From Pelagomonas calceolata (lineage: Eukaryota), in contig CAKKNE010000003.1 in the NCBI GenBank assembly GCA_918797485.1, positions 558,001 through 622,000 on the forward strand: DNA of 64,000 nucleotides. Direction: 5' to 3'. The notes beneath the pieces were generated by a model. That model made no database searches. It was not told the origin of the DNA and saw only the letters and a program-made list of their open reading frames with translations. The position numbers and the translations under genes are program-made. The number at the start of each line of letters is the position of its first letter. The first letter of the stretch is position 1. This document shows, one piece after another, positions 40,788-52,167 of the stretch.

Positions 40788-41642
40788 ATGAAATACGCAG
40801 TCCTTTGGGCAGCAGCGGCCTGGGCCGACATCCCGAAGCGCCTGATCACGTCGCACAAGCTGCCCCTGGACGAGACGCCGGCGGCGCTGAAGCGGAACAT
40901 TGAGGAATGGCGGACGCTCAACCCAGAGATGGAGTTTACGTACTTCGACGACGCGGCCCAGGCGGCGTGGATGGCGGCGCGCTGCGAAGTTAAAGGCTGC
41001 ATCGAGGCCTACCGCAAGCTCAACAGCGGCGCCGGGCGCGCGGACCTGTTTAGGGTGGCGTGGCTCATTTATGAAGGCGGCTGGTGGTTCGATTCAGATC
41101 TCAAACCGGGTCCCATCGCCAAGGCCTGCGATCTGCAGAGCGCCGCGTCGCTGGACATGTTTGCGGTGCGCGAGCCACGGAAGGGCCACGTGCGCTTCAT
41201 GGTGATTGGAGGAAGGGCGCACCCGCTGCTCAAGGCGACGCTCCGGCGCCAGATCTCGAACATTTTTGAAGCGAAGCGCCTGCCGCCCAAGAAGCAGCCG
41301 CGGACGCTGCACGTCACGGGGCCCTTCACGCTGGGCCGGACGATCTGCGACCCCTTCCGCCACGCGCCGGCGGCGGAGCTGCTCGGGGCCGGGCACGCGC
41401 GCGACGGCCACGAGGGCGCCAGAAGTGTCGCCGCCTTCTGCGAGGGCCCGTTCTTCACCGGCATGAAGGATGGGGATCGGGACCCGAAGGCGGACTGGGC
41501 CGGGACCTACGCCGAAAATACGCCCCTGGCGTTCCGTTTTGATGGGTGCGGCGGCCACTGGCACCGGCCGGGCGCGCGGATGTCGTACGCGGAGGTGCTC
41601 AAGGAGATGAACGTGACGCACCACCTGAAGATCACCGCCTAA
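40788..41642 (+). CDS. DXD glycosyltransferase (GT32/OCH1-like), secreted
   Basis: IPKRL, WRTLNPE, RADLFRVAWLIYEGGWWFDSD and TGP motifs; short signal peptide. Confidence 0.85.
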   Translation: MKYAVLWAAAAWADIPKRLITSHKLPLDETPAALKRNIEEWRTLNPEMEFTYFDDAAQAAWMAARCEVKGCIEAYRKLNSGAGRADLFRVAWLIYEGGWWFDSDLKPGPIAKACDLQSAASLDMFAVREPRKGHVRFMVIGGRAHPLLKATLRRQISNIFEAKRLPPKKQPRTLHVTGPFTLGRTICDPFRHAPAAELLGAGHARDGHEGARSVAAFCEGPFFTGMKDGDRDPKADWAGTYAENTPLAFRFDGCGGHWHRPGARMSYAEVLKEMNVTHHLKITA

Positions 41643-41668
41643 TGTTCTTGTTGTGACAAACAGTGTAC

Positions 41669-42469
41669 TTATGCCCCCTCCCCACGACTCTGGGCGAACA
41701 ACCAGGCCCACATCGGCGAGTCGACCTTGTACGCCGGCGTCCAGGCGTTGTGGTGCTCCATGTACGCGACGTATGGCGGGCTCTCGGGCGTCTCCTCGTC
41801 CGTCAGCTTCGTGAAGCGCACCGGCGCGTCGAGCTTCTCCAGCGCGGCCACCAGGGCCTCGGTGTCGCTACATGGTACGGCGCTGTCCGATTCCGAATGC
41901 CAGAACCAGCAGGGCGTCTTCGCGAGGAGCGGCGCGAAGACCACGCTCCCGCCACCGCACACGGGAACCACGGCGGCGGCCGGCGGGCAGCGGTCGCTGA
42001 AGCCGTCGCCGCGGCGCGCGAGGCGCGCCGCGAGCGTGTAGGCCCCTAAACCGCCGCACGACGGGCCCGTGACGTAGACGCGGTCCCGATCAACCGCTGC
42101 CATGGCACCTCTTGCCTCCTCCGCAAAGTACGCGTCGATGATTTTCAAGGTCGTGCCGGCCTCGCGCGACGTCTTGCACCACTCCCTTTTTGCTGCGAGG
42201 AGCGGGGCCACGACGACGGCGCGCGGGGCGATGTCTCCGGCGCGTAAGAGTGCTGGAGGGCAGTTTGGCCCTTTTTCAAAAATCTGTTGGATGTCGTCTC
42301 CCCTGGACGACGCACCGTGCAGGTAAATTATCAGAGGCAGCGGTCCGGCCGGATAGATTGGTGTCCAGACCAGGAGCTGCTCGCCCGTCTCGAGGCGGTA
42401 GTGCCCAAAGCGGTCAAAGCTGGCGACTTTCTGCAGTTTCGCGGGGTACAGGGCGGCGAGGGCAGCCAT
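41669..42469 (-). CDS. alpha/beta hydrolase (phospholipase/carboxylesterase or peptidase-like)
   Basis: PLIIYLHGASSRG; nucleophile elbow GPSCGG; SDSAVP; HNAW. Confidence 0.85.
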   Translation of the reverse strand: MAALAALYPAKLQKVASFDRFGHYRLETGEQLLVWTPIYPAGPLPLIIYLHGASSRGDDIQQIFEKGPNCPPALLRAGDIAPRAVVVAPLLAAKREWCKTSREAGTTLKIIDAYFAEEARGAMAAVDRDRVYVTGPSCGGLGAYTLAARLARRGDGFSDRCPPAAAVVPVCGGGSVVFAPLLAKTPCWFWHSESDSAVPCSDTEALVAALEKLDAPVRFTKLTDEETPESPPYVAYMEHHNAWTPAYKVDSPMWAWLFAQSRGEGA

Positions 42470-42807
42470 TTGTGCTGCTATATTGTGTGGGAATAACTGC
42501 TGCTGTGTCCAGGGCTGCTTCAACGCGCCGGCACGCTCGATCCACCCCACGGTTCACGGGGAGCGTCGATTGGCGTTCGAACTCTGGGGCTGCCCAAGTT
42601 TTGCATCGATGATGGGGGCTCGGGCTCTCGCAGACTCTCGAGCACAAAAGGAAGCCCAAGCTGGAAGAAAAGAACAATGGCGACCACTCCAAAACGCCGA
42701 GGACGAATCAGGCGGCGACTTTCAGCTTGGGTGCCGTAGGTGCCACGTTGGAAGCGGCGCTCTGCCGCCGTGGTCGCCGCTGCGCGCAGCGAAATTGCAA
42801 TCCAACG

Positions 42808-43536
42808 ATGTGCAACACTTCTGGAATCCCCCCTGCCCCGCCGCCAAGTCCAACAGCATCAAGGGTAGCTGGGATGATGCAAAAATTGCAAGTGGCGCAA
42901 AAACCGCCCAGCAGCGCGACGCATACCGTGTCATCAGGCAGCGAGAGCAACGGCACGCCGAGCGCGCCGCCGCCGCGGACGCTGTCCATCTCACCGCTGC
43001 AGCGCGACGACGAGACGGCCGAGCTCGAGGCGCGCGTGCTAAGATTAGCGCGCGCCTGCGCCGCGCGGGGCCGCCGCGCCGCGCGCCGCGACCGCGGGCG
43101 GTCGCAGTCGCGGTCGCGCAGCCGCAGTCAGATCCGCCGCGATGTGCCGCCGACGATGGACTCGGACGCGGACGACGAGCGCGACTCCGAGACGGAGCAC
43201 GCCTCGCCGCTGCGCCACCTCCGGCGCCTCGCGCCGCGGGCGCAGAGCGGGAAGCGAGTGCGCATCGAGGATAACCTTCGCCAGGCGCGCTGCCGGCCCC
43301 GCACGGCGAGCTGGGGCGACGCCGAAGCCGCTCGGACGCGGCGGGCTGACGCGCGGCGCGCGTCACGCGGCGCCACACGCGCGCTGTCGTCGGCGCTGCG
43401 CATGGCGAGAAGCTACCGCACGGGCCTGAACCGCCTCGCGCCGTCCGACGACGAGTCCGAGTCCGAATCGTCCGACGGCGAGCTTTTCGAGGACGAGGCG
43501 CGGTCCGCCTTCGCTGCCGCGCTCTGGGACCTCTGA
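42808..43536 (+). CDS. low-complexity hypothetical protein
   Basis: ATG-initiated ORF with RS-rich and acidic patches; no recognisable domain. Confidence 0.45.
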   Translation: MCNTSGIPPAPPPSPTASRVAGMMQKLQVAQKPPSSATHTVSSGSESNGTPSAPPPRTLSISPLQRDDETAELEARVLRLARACAARGRRAARRDRGRSQSRSRSRSQIRRDVPPTMDSDADDERDSETEHASPLRHLRRLAPRAQSGKRVRIEDNLRQARCRPRTASWGDAEAARTRRADARRASRGATRALSSALRMARSYRTGLNRLAPSDDESESESSDGELFEDEARSAFAAALWDL

Positions 43537-43631
43537 TCGATCATCACCACGCTCGAGACCGAAGACCGAAGACCCCCTCCGAACCCCTAATCTAATTTGT
43601 CATACTAAAATTTCTCACAGAAGGGTGCTTG

Positions 43632-45121
43632 CTAGGAACCGGCGAGCGCGGCCAGCGCGCGGTCGGGGTACGTCTTGTTCCGCTCGTTCACGATGTCGCC
43701 GCGCGCGCCCTCGATCGCGGCCTCCGCGCCGGCTTCACGGGCGCGCGGCGCCCCGCCACGGCGAAGCGCCTCGATCGCGAGGCACCCCCTGCTCCTGGAG
43801 CGTGGGCTCGCCCGACGCGACGTGTGCCTCCATGGCAGAAACGAGCCGCGCCGCGCCGTCGTTCGCGAGCAGCTTCGCCGCGTTCGCGCCGCTCTTCGCG
43901 AGCACGCGGCAGCACCCGAGCACCCGGCGAGCGAGGCGTCGTCGCCGCAGCACGGCAGCGCGAGGGCCGCGGCGACGCGCTCGCACGCGCCGGCCTCGCC
44001 GAGCGCCGCCGCGTGCGCACTGCCCAGTCGCAGCAGAGCGTCCGCGACGGCCTCGACCGCGGTCTCCGGCTCTTCCAGCGCGAGCGCGCTCCCGAGCAGG
44101 CGGACGACGGCCGCGCAGTCGCCCGAGCTCTCGGCCGCCTCGACTGCGTCGACGATCTCGTCCTCGTCCATGGCGGCGACTGCCGCGGCGTCCTGGCTGA
44201 CCGGCGACGAGGCCGTGTTGACCGTGGGGCTGACGGCCACAACCGGCGCGATGGCAGGCGCCTCGACAACGGGAGCGAGCAGCGCGAGGTAGTCGCGTTG
44301 TAGTACGTGTTCGACGCGTCCGGCGCTGATAACTCGCGGACGACGCGCAAGCCCGCGCGCGAGACCAAGCACCGCACGGTCTCGGGCGTGACGAAGTAAA
44401 ACCCGCCGACCGAGTACTTCTCCTGGGCCTCGAAGCGCCGGAAGCCGTCCGGCGCCAGGAGATTCGACGTCGAAATGAACGCTTTCCCCTCATCCTTTAC
44501 TAAAGCTCGGATCCGCTTCAGACACCGGAACATGGCGTGCGCGTCCATGTGCACCATGACGTCAAAACAGTACGAAGTCGAAATGCGGTGTTTATGTTGC
44601 GGAGCGTAGTGCCGCGGCTTGTCGGAAAACCCGGCGTCGGCGCCGCTGGCGTCGCCGTGGATTTGCGCGAAGGTCACATTTTCCTGGGACGCGAGAGCCT
44701 GTTTCGCGGCCGCGAGCATCTTGGCACTCACGTCGAAGCACTGGAGCTTCGATACGCGAGGCGCGACCATTCTACCGATGCGGCCGCCGCCGCTGCCGAT
44801 CTCGCAGCAATGCGTCTTCAGTGAAACTTCGCTGAGGATCCACTCGTCGACGACGCGTTTTGTATGGGCCGCCGGGGCCCACTCGTCGCCGACGTTTTCC
44901 AATGTTTCTTTGGCTTCACGGTTCGAGGCCGCCATGCCGGCGACCCAGCCTGCCTCGGCGCCCCACTCGCTCGCGTAGACGTCCCAGAGCTTCTCGTTCG
45001 TCTGCACGTTGCCGGCGTCGGGGTAGATGAGCGCGCCGCTCAGCTTCTGGACCATTTGCTGCACCATCTCGTGGCCGCGGCCGGCGGCCTCGCGCAGGTA
45101 TTCTTCCGTGTCGGCTTGCAT
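43632..45121 (-). CDS. SAM-dependent methyltransferase with C-terminal armadillo-like helical region (frameshifts)
   Basis: CEIGSGGGRI, FDVSAKML and FDVMVHMD motifs; the C-terminus continues in ORF 43632..44372. Confidence 0.7.
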
Positions 45122-45304
45122 TGTTTCGCTGCGTAAGCTGTCGGCGACTCGGAGATGATTACCGCAAGGCTGCTGGTGCTTTTCCCAAAGGCGGAAGCTG
45201 CGAACGATGCTAGCGTTGTTGCAGCGAATCGATGCGGCTTGCGAGCCTTATTTGCATCCACTAGTGCATTACAAGCGCCAAAATCGCGGCTGCGTGAAAG
45301 TCGA

Positions 45305-45329
45305 GCTAGCGGCCTGTAAGACACTAGCA
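45305..45329. promoter_or_regulatory. conserved intergenic CTAG-pair element, copy 11
   Basis: GCTAGCGGCCTGTAAGACACTAGCA between divergent starts at 45121(-) and 45592(+). Confidence 0.75.
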
Positions 45330-45591
45330 AACAAGACTTAGGGAAGCACTAGTCCTCCGAATGATAAGCAGCGCCAACCGTCTCAATCAGCCGGCCCCGG
45401 CATCTCTCCGCCGGCGTGCGGGCTCAAACTCGATTCGGCTGCGAGCCCAATTAAAAACAGGGCGCGCGACGTCGTGCACGCATAGTCGTGCGCCATCAAC
45501 GCACCACAGACTCGGCTGCCCAAAAACAGCGAACGACGGGCAGCCCTAGGCAAACAAAAACGAGAGCAGGCAGCCTATAGACACAACCAGA

Positions 45592-47889
45592 ATGGCCGAG
45601 CGCAACCCATCGACGCCGACGCGGCGTGTGCGCATATCGAGCGCGTCGCCGACGCGGTCGCCCGTGCGCCTCACGACGCCGCCGCGCACGCGCGCTGGGA
45701 AGCGGAGCCCCTACGCGTCTCCCGCCAGGAGCCCGTACCGGTCGCCGCCGACGACGCCGCGTGGAAGCGCCGCCGTCACCGTGCTCGGCAAGCGCGTGCC
45801 GCGCGTCAGCCTCCCGATCCTCTGGTGGCTTCAAGCGAGGACGCGCGCCGCCGTGCTCGAGAAGCGGTTGAAAAACATGCCGCGGGAAGACCCAAGCGAG
45901 GCCACCGCGTTAAGAGCGCGCGTGGCAGCTTTGGAGGAGGCCGTGCGCCAGGCGGAGTTGCACGCGGCGCGGCAGACCGCGCGCGCGACGGAGGCCGAGG
46001 CCAAGGCCGCGCGGCTCATCGAGGCACCGCCGGCCTACGACACGGCCGAGGGCGAGCGGATATTGAAGGAGCGCCTCGACGAGCTGCGCCGCGGCACGCT
46101 GGACGCGCTGCGCGCGGCCGAGGCGAAGAACGAGCGCCTCGCGGCCGAAAACGCCGCGGCGACGCAGGAACTCGCAGAGTGCCGCCGGAAGCTCGCCATG
46201 GACCACGTCGAGGCGGAGTCGAAGCTCGCGGCGGAGCTCGACCGGCTCACGGCCGAGACCGTCGAGGCGAAGCGCCAGCTCAACGACTGCCGCCGGAAAT
46301 TGGCCATCGAGAAGCGCCGCGCTGAGAACGCTCCTCGGCGCGAGCGGGCGGCTGCAGCCGTCGCGTTGCGGGCCCAAAAGGCCGTCGTGGCGCTCAACGC
46401 CAAGTGCGACGACTTCTGCCGGAAGGTTCTGTTAAAAGCGCACGACGACGTCGCGGGAGGCCTGGACGCGTGGCTCCGCGACAACCGGCAGCCCCTCCTC
46501 GAGACGGCCGCGATCTACGCGGCGCGTCGGCGGCCGTTCTCCGGGAAAAGCGTCGAGGAGCCCGCCGTCGATATAAATGAGCCCGTCCGGCGCATCCTCG
46601 ACGTCGCCACGCGGCGCCAGCAGCTCCTCCCGACGATCGCGCCCCTTGTCGAGGAGCGCGACGCCCGGGCGACGACGGGCTGCGACGCCGCATTGGGTGC
46701 TGTCATGGCCGTCGCCGCGCAGCGCAACGAGGCGCGGTTAATACAGGCGCAGCAGCGGCTTGAGGCGCTGGCGACGGCCGCGGAGCGGGCCGCGGCCGGC
46801 GCGTCCGGCGCCGTCGGCGCCATCGCACACCCCGACATTCAACAAACCATCGCGGACGAGAAGGAGTCGAGACGGACCGCGGCCGTGAGCGAGTTCCGCG
46901 CGCAGCGCCGCGCCGTCGACGCGGAACTCGCCGACCTGCGGACGACGCGCGCGCGCGCGGTCGACTCGCTGCGGAAGGAGCGCGCCGATCGCGCGAAGAC
47001 GGACACCGCGCGGGAGGCCGCGCTGGCCGCGGCGGCGTCGGCATCGAGCCGCCTGACCGCGCGGCGCGTGGCCAAGGCCGTGCGCGAGACCGAGGACCGG
47101 GCCTTCTCGGCGCACGCGCTGGCCCTCGAGGACGCGGCGACGGCACAGCAACAGCGTCACCGCCAGGCTCTGGCCGACGCCATCGCCGCCTGCGAGGCGC
47201 GCCACGCCGAGGCGCTGGACCAGCGCCGCCGCCGCGACGTCGCGCTCGCGGCCTCGCTGCGCGGCGCGAAGCAGCGCGCCAAGGGGCCGCAGCACGTCGC
47301 GGCCTGTGTGGAAATCAACCAGTGCGTCGGGTGCGACAATTCTTCACTAAGTCATGTCTCGGCGATGGCGTGGCCGCGCTGGTTCCGTCGAGCGGCGAGG
47401 AATCGGCATCGCCAAGCCATCGAGCAGGCGTCGCGTCGATGGCGTGGAGGACGACGCGATGATTCAGCACGAACGCGCCGTAAAATTTTGATTTCCACAC
47501 AGGTCGCGGCGGAGCGCGCCCGCGACTCGCTCGCCGAGGCCGCGGCGGCGGTCGACGTCCTCTACCAGCAAGAGGCCGCGCGCATCGACCGGCGGCCGCG
47601 GCGGCGCGAGGGCGCCTACGCGGCGGCGCCGGCGGCGCCGGCGCCATCGGACGCCGCCCTCCCGCCACCGCCGCCGCGCCGGGCGCCTCCGCCGCCGCCG
47701 ACGCGCGCCTCGACGCGCGCTCGCGGCCGCCACGGGACGCCTCGGCCGCCGCCGCCGCCGGCGTCGCGGCCCCGAAATCATCGCGTCGCGGCCCCGTTGA
47801 AGCTCGGCGCGTGGAACAAGACGACGCGCACGGAGCCGATGCCGTTCAAGCACAATTACACGGTTCCTGGGTCTGATGTGGCGTCGTAA
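45592..47889 (+). CDS. long coiled-coil protein; in-frame introner intron 47296-47502
   Basis: Heptad-rich Ala/Glu/Arg sequence with an SP/TP-rich N-terminus. Confidence 0.7.
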   Translation: MAERNPSTPTRRVRISSASPTRSPVRLTTPPRTRAGKRSPYASPARSPYRSPPTTPRGSAAVTVLGKRVPRVSLPILWWLQARTRAAVLEKRLKNMPREDPSEATALRARVAALEEAVRQAELHAARQTARATEAEAKAARLIEAPPAYDTAEGERILKERLDELRRGTLDALRAAEAKNERLAAENAAATQELAECRRKLAMDHVEAESKLAAELDRLTAETVEAKRQLNDCRRKLAIEKRRAENAPRRERAAAAVALRAQKAVVALNAKCDDFCRKVLLKAHDDVAGGLDAWLRDNRQPLLETAAIYAARRRPFSGKSVEEPAVDINEPVRRILDVATRRQQLLPTIAPLVEERDARATTGCDAALGAVMAVAAQRNEARLIQAQQRLEALATAAERAAAGASGAVGAIAHPDIQQTIADEKESRRTAAVSEFRAQRRAVDAELADLRTTRARAVDSLRKERADRAKTDTAREAALAAAASASSRLTARRVAKAVRETEDRAFSAHALALEDAATAQQQRHRQALADAIAACEARHAEALDQRRRRDVALAASLRGAKQRAKGPQHVAACVEINQCVGCDNSSLSHVSAMAWPRWFRRAARNRHRQAIEQASRRWRGGRRDDSARTRRKILISTQVAAERARDSLAEAAAAVDVLYQQEAARIDRRPRRREGAYAAAPAAPAPSDAALPPPPPRRAPPPPPTRASTRARGRHGTPRPPPPPASRPRNHRVAAPLKLGAWNKTTRTEPMPFKHNYTVPGSDVAS
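47304..47502 (+). mobile_element. introner element (199 bp, longest copy); intron 47296-47502
   Basis: Perfect 15-bp TIRs and perfect 8-bp TSD GTCGCGGC. Confidence 0.95.
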
Positions 47890-48042
47890 GCTTCATGAAC
47901 TTGACTACTGTGTAACACACTAGATTTTCCAGCCCAGCGCCGCCGCGCAGCGTTTGTCAAAGCGGGCCGAGGGCCGGGAAAGAGGCTGCCGTACACAGAC
48001 CCGGTCACGCCGGTCGCCGCGGACTGGGCAAGGCAAGACAAA

Positions 48043-48190
48043 TAGAACCGGGGCCCCCGGTATAAGGCTGCCCGCACCTGAGCCCCGGGCGCGCCGGCCG
48101 CCGCAAGCGAAGAGGCAGCCCCACCCTAGAACCGGGGCCGCGCCGCAAGACTGCCCTCCTCGTGTTGGCTGAAGAGGCAGCCCCACCCTA
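48043..48190 (+). repeat. interleaved short direct repeats
   Basis: GAAGAGGCAGCCCCACCCTA at 48109-48128 and 48171-48190; TAGAACCGGGGCC at 48043 and 48127. Confidence 0.75.
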
Positions 48191-48194
48191 AACG

Positions 48195-50815
48195 ATGCGC
48201 GTCGCCGTGGGCCGCACGCGGGAAGATCGCCTCGCCCGGCTCCGCGCCACCGAGACGCAGAAATGGATCGCCGAGCAGGCCGCCGGCGCCGAAAAGGCCA
48301 AGAACGAAAAGGCGGCGAACTCGAAGGAGCAGCGGCGCCAGGCGACGACGACGATCCAAGCGGGGCTTCGCGGCTTTCGCGGGCGCTACGAGACGAGATT
48401 TCTTAGGAAGCAGATCTGGGCGGGATTATTGGCACAACGATTGTACAGAGGCTACCTCGGGCGACAAGCGGCCAAGTACAAAAGATGGCAGAAGGCTTCA
48501 GTGGTCAAGTCCATGCCCGCTTTGGAACGACTACAAGAGCGGTCGGAGGTCACCCATTCGCAAGGCGGGTGGGTCGAGTACTACGACCCGGAGACGCGGG
48601 CTCTGTGGTACCTCGAGACCGATACGTATAGGAGTACCTGGGGCCGGCCCGAAGACCTAGATTTTGGTCTTAGGAGGAGGGAGCGCATCTACGACGCGCA
48701 ACGGAAACGAGAACGGGATGAATTATTAGTCGGACCGCCCGAGGCGACGTGGCACAAGGGCTTTTATCTGTCAAGGAAGAAAGAAGAGGAGGAAGAAGAT
48801 AAAGGCATCGTGATCACGGAGAGCGGGTTGGTGCTGGAGATTTCCGATGACGACGACATCAGCGAGTTTTCCTCGGACGAAGATCTGGACGATGAAACGA
48901 CAGTAAAGAGGAGGACGGCGAAGATGGCGGCCAAGGCGAAGAGTTCCGGAGGCGACGGCCCCGACGGTCCCACGGACATTCCGGAGGACCAGATGGGCAA
49001 GGATGTGGGAGGCAAACAAAAAAAAGCGAAGGAGTTCGCGTCGCCCGAAGCTCGTCGATTAGCCAAGGCCCTCGAGAAGGAGGAAAAGCGCGTCAAGAAG
49101 CTGCGGGGCGACATGGGGATTAGTAGAGAACCGGTGGGAGACAACTTGGATGATTTTATTAAAAGAATATATCCAAAGAGGAAGGGTTTATCTTTGAAGC
49201 TCTTCCAGGGCGGGACGCGCGCCGAGGGGTACATGAAAGATGGTTTGTTTGAGGGCTTCGGGACCTGTGTCTGGCCGGCGGATCGAGGGAGGTACACGGG
49301 CGACTGGAAGAATGGTAAGAGGCATGGAGAAGGGATCTACACGAAGCCCGATGGGACGGAGTATGTGGGAGAGTGGAAGGAAGGGCGGAGGGACGGCTGG
49401 GGCTGCCTCTTCCATCCCTGCGGCGAGATGTACGAGGGCGAGTGGCGCGCGGGGCGCATGCACGGTGTCGGAAGATTGACGTCGCTCAACGGCGACGCCT
49501 ACGAGGGGACTTTTGTGGAGAACAAGCCGGAAGGCGTGGGTCGGTTCTCGAAGATGAATGGCGACGCCTACTTGGGGAGATTAGGAGGGGCATGGCGAAT
49601 GGCCGAGGTATACTTTCTTTCGCGACGGGCGAGGTGTACCGAGGCGAGTTCTACGATGATCTGAGGCACGGTAGGGGCGCATGTAGATATGCGGACGGTG
49701 CGAGGTACGCAGGGAAATGGGTCAAGGGCCACCACGAGGGGTACGGCGTCTTCGTGTCCCCGGACGGTGAGAAGTACTGCGGGGAATGGGAGGATTCCCA
49801 GAAAAACGGAAGAGGTAGATATTTCTTCAAGAACGGGGACTTTTTTGATGGGACCTTCGTGAAAGGACTAGCGCAAGGCCACGGCGTCTACTGGTACAGA
49901 AACTGGGGCAACGCCTATAGTGGAAACTGGGTCGACGACAAGAAATCAGGCAAGGGCACTTATGTCTTCGGTACTGGTTCGAGATATGACGGCTGGTGGC
50001 GGGAAAATGATATCGACGGGAAGGGCATTTTTCAGTACAGGCAGGGCGACTCGTATCGGGGCGAGTTCCGGCGCAATCGCAAACATGGCCAGGGCATCTA
50101 CAAGTGGTCGACCGGCAATGTCTACAAGGGCGGGTTCCGGGAAGATCGCATGCAGGGCGAGGGCGAGATGGTCTATGCGACCACAAATCATTATTATAAA
50201 GGGTGGTGGCGGGACAATAAGAAGCATGGTCATGGGTTCTTCCGGTTTGTCGATGGCAACACGTACGAGGGCGAGTATTGCGACGACATCCAGCACGGCA
50301 AGGGCAAATTGACCTATTCACCGGGCAATATTTTGGAGGAGAGCTACGACGGCGACTGGGTCGAAGGAAGGCGGCACGGTATTGGGTTGTACACATATAA
50401 ATTCCAGGACCCCATCGAATCCTACGAGGGCGAATGGTGCGATAACCTAAGGCACGGCACGGGCAAATTAATATACAAGGACGGCGGCTACTACAAGGGC
50501 GACTTCTTGCGGGAGCGGATGACGGGCCGCGGTTTATATGTCTGGCCCGACGGCTCGCAGTACGAGGGCCAGTGGAAGGACAACCAGCGCCACGGCGAAG
50601 GTACCGAGTTGAGCGCATCCGGCACGGTTTTTAGGGGCCAGTACTGGCGGAACATGCGGCACGGGCCCGGCGAGCTGACGTACCTGAACGGGAACCGCTA
50701 CGAGGGCGTCTGGGACCGGGACAAGATCGTGGGACGGGGCAAGTACAAGCTCCTCGTCGGCACGGGCAAGGGGGGCAAGGAGGACACGGTCGGGCTGCGC
50801 GTGTTCGGGTACTAA
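48195..50815 (+). CDS. IQ - WW - multi-MORN-repeat protein (one frameshift near 49575)
   Basis: IQAGLRGFRGR and AQRLYRGYLGR; WW GWVEYYDPET..WY...STWGRP; many YxGxW..xxxHGxG repeats. Confidence 0.85.
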
Positions 50816-50915
50816 CTGTTTTGTTTTTGTAGAGTTCCGTAATTCTGTGATCTAGGCTTAGGCCTCCGGGAGCGGGCGGCGGCGCGGCCGCCGCGAGAGG
50901 CCTCCGGCGCGCCGC

Positions 50916-51869
50916 TCAGGCCTCCTTCTTCTTGCCGAAGCCCTTGAACGGCGAGAAGCCCTTCTTCTTCTTGGGCGCGGCCTCCGCGACGGGCTTGACT
51001 TCCTCGGCGGCCGTCTCGACGGCTTGGGCGAGCTTGTCGGCCTCCTTGCGCACGGAAGACTCGGCCGCTGTCGCCTTCGGCGTCGAGTCGGCGCGCACGA
51101 GCTCCTTCATGGCCCCGAGCTTCGACTGGCGGTTCTCGAGGTAGCTGTCGAGCGCGTCCAGCAATAACGGAAGGAGCACGAGCATGAGGACGAGGGAGAC
51201 GATCGTCGGGAACTGGGGCTCGAGTAAGGTAAACAGGAGGCTGCCGCAGGGGCGCGCCGCCGACGGGCGGCCGAACTTGGCGAGCGCCATATTCACCAGA
51301 ATGCCGCCGAGCATCGGGCAGCCGACCATGATGCCGCACGTCACCGTCACGCGGCCGGCGACGTCCTTGGACAGGATCTTCATGACGTCCTCGAACTGGT
51401 CCTGGTTGAGCTCCTTGCCCGACTTGTTGTCTTTCGCGTACTGCGCGAGGACCTCATCCACCGAATGGCGCTTCGGGGGCTTGACCGCGCCGATGACGCG
51501 GATGGCCTTATTCACCTGCGCCGGCGCACGAGTTAGTCTAGCGTTCGTGACCGCTTAAGTACTCTCCCTCACCTGGAGGTAGACGAGCAAGACGGCCGTG
51601 TAGAGCTCGTCGCTGTCGACGGTGCCGCCGTGGTCGTGGTCGACCTCCTCGAAGACGCTCTTGATCATGGCCTTGAACTTGGCCCGCGCGGAGCGCCGCG
51701 CCCAGGAGACGATGCAGTAGACGGTGATCGAGGCCAGTACCGCGGCGACGGCGCCCATGACCATGATCGTCTTCGTCGAGGGCTCGCCGTAGGCGCACTT
51801 GTTCATGATCTCCATCGGCACGCTCTCCTGGCGCTCCAGCGGCGCCGGGCCCATGGCGGTGTCGGCCAT
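50916..51869 (-). CDS. EF-hand membrane protein; 57-nt intron 51572-51516
   Basis: TM helix, EF-hand DHDHGGTVDSDE, further TM helices; canonical GTGAGG...GACTAAC...CAG intron in phase 0. Confidence 0.75.
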
Positions 51870-52167
51870 CGCGTCCCGAGTCCCGAGACCTGCGCGGCGG
51901 TTTCGCTCGTCATGAATCAGCGGCCGGTTGTCGTGTCCCTCCACTCCTTTCTCGTCGGTCGCGCGACGCGTGCGCCGCGATGGGAAAACAGGCTTCCTCC
52001 AGGATGTGGCTGTTTTTTGTCCTGCCGCGCGACGAGCGCCGAAATTCGTGCCCGTAGTATTCCGACGATGATACAGTACTGTTAAATCGCCTCAGAGCTC
52101 CCGCACAGGGCGTGAAGCTCGAGCTGTAGCCGAGTGGCTGTGGCCTAAAACCTGTTTTTCCACACGG

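Noticed and set aside
51975..52167. Imperfect inverted repeat (CCGCGATGGGAAAACAGG / CCTGTTTTTCCACACGG) resembling an introner TIR upstream of RBM28
   Set aside because: It has several mismatches, no 8-bp TSD, no terminal AG and no introner interior motif, so I cannot support it as an element.
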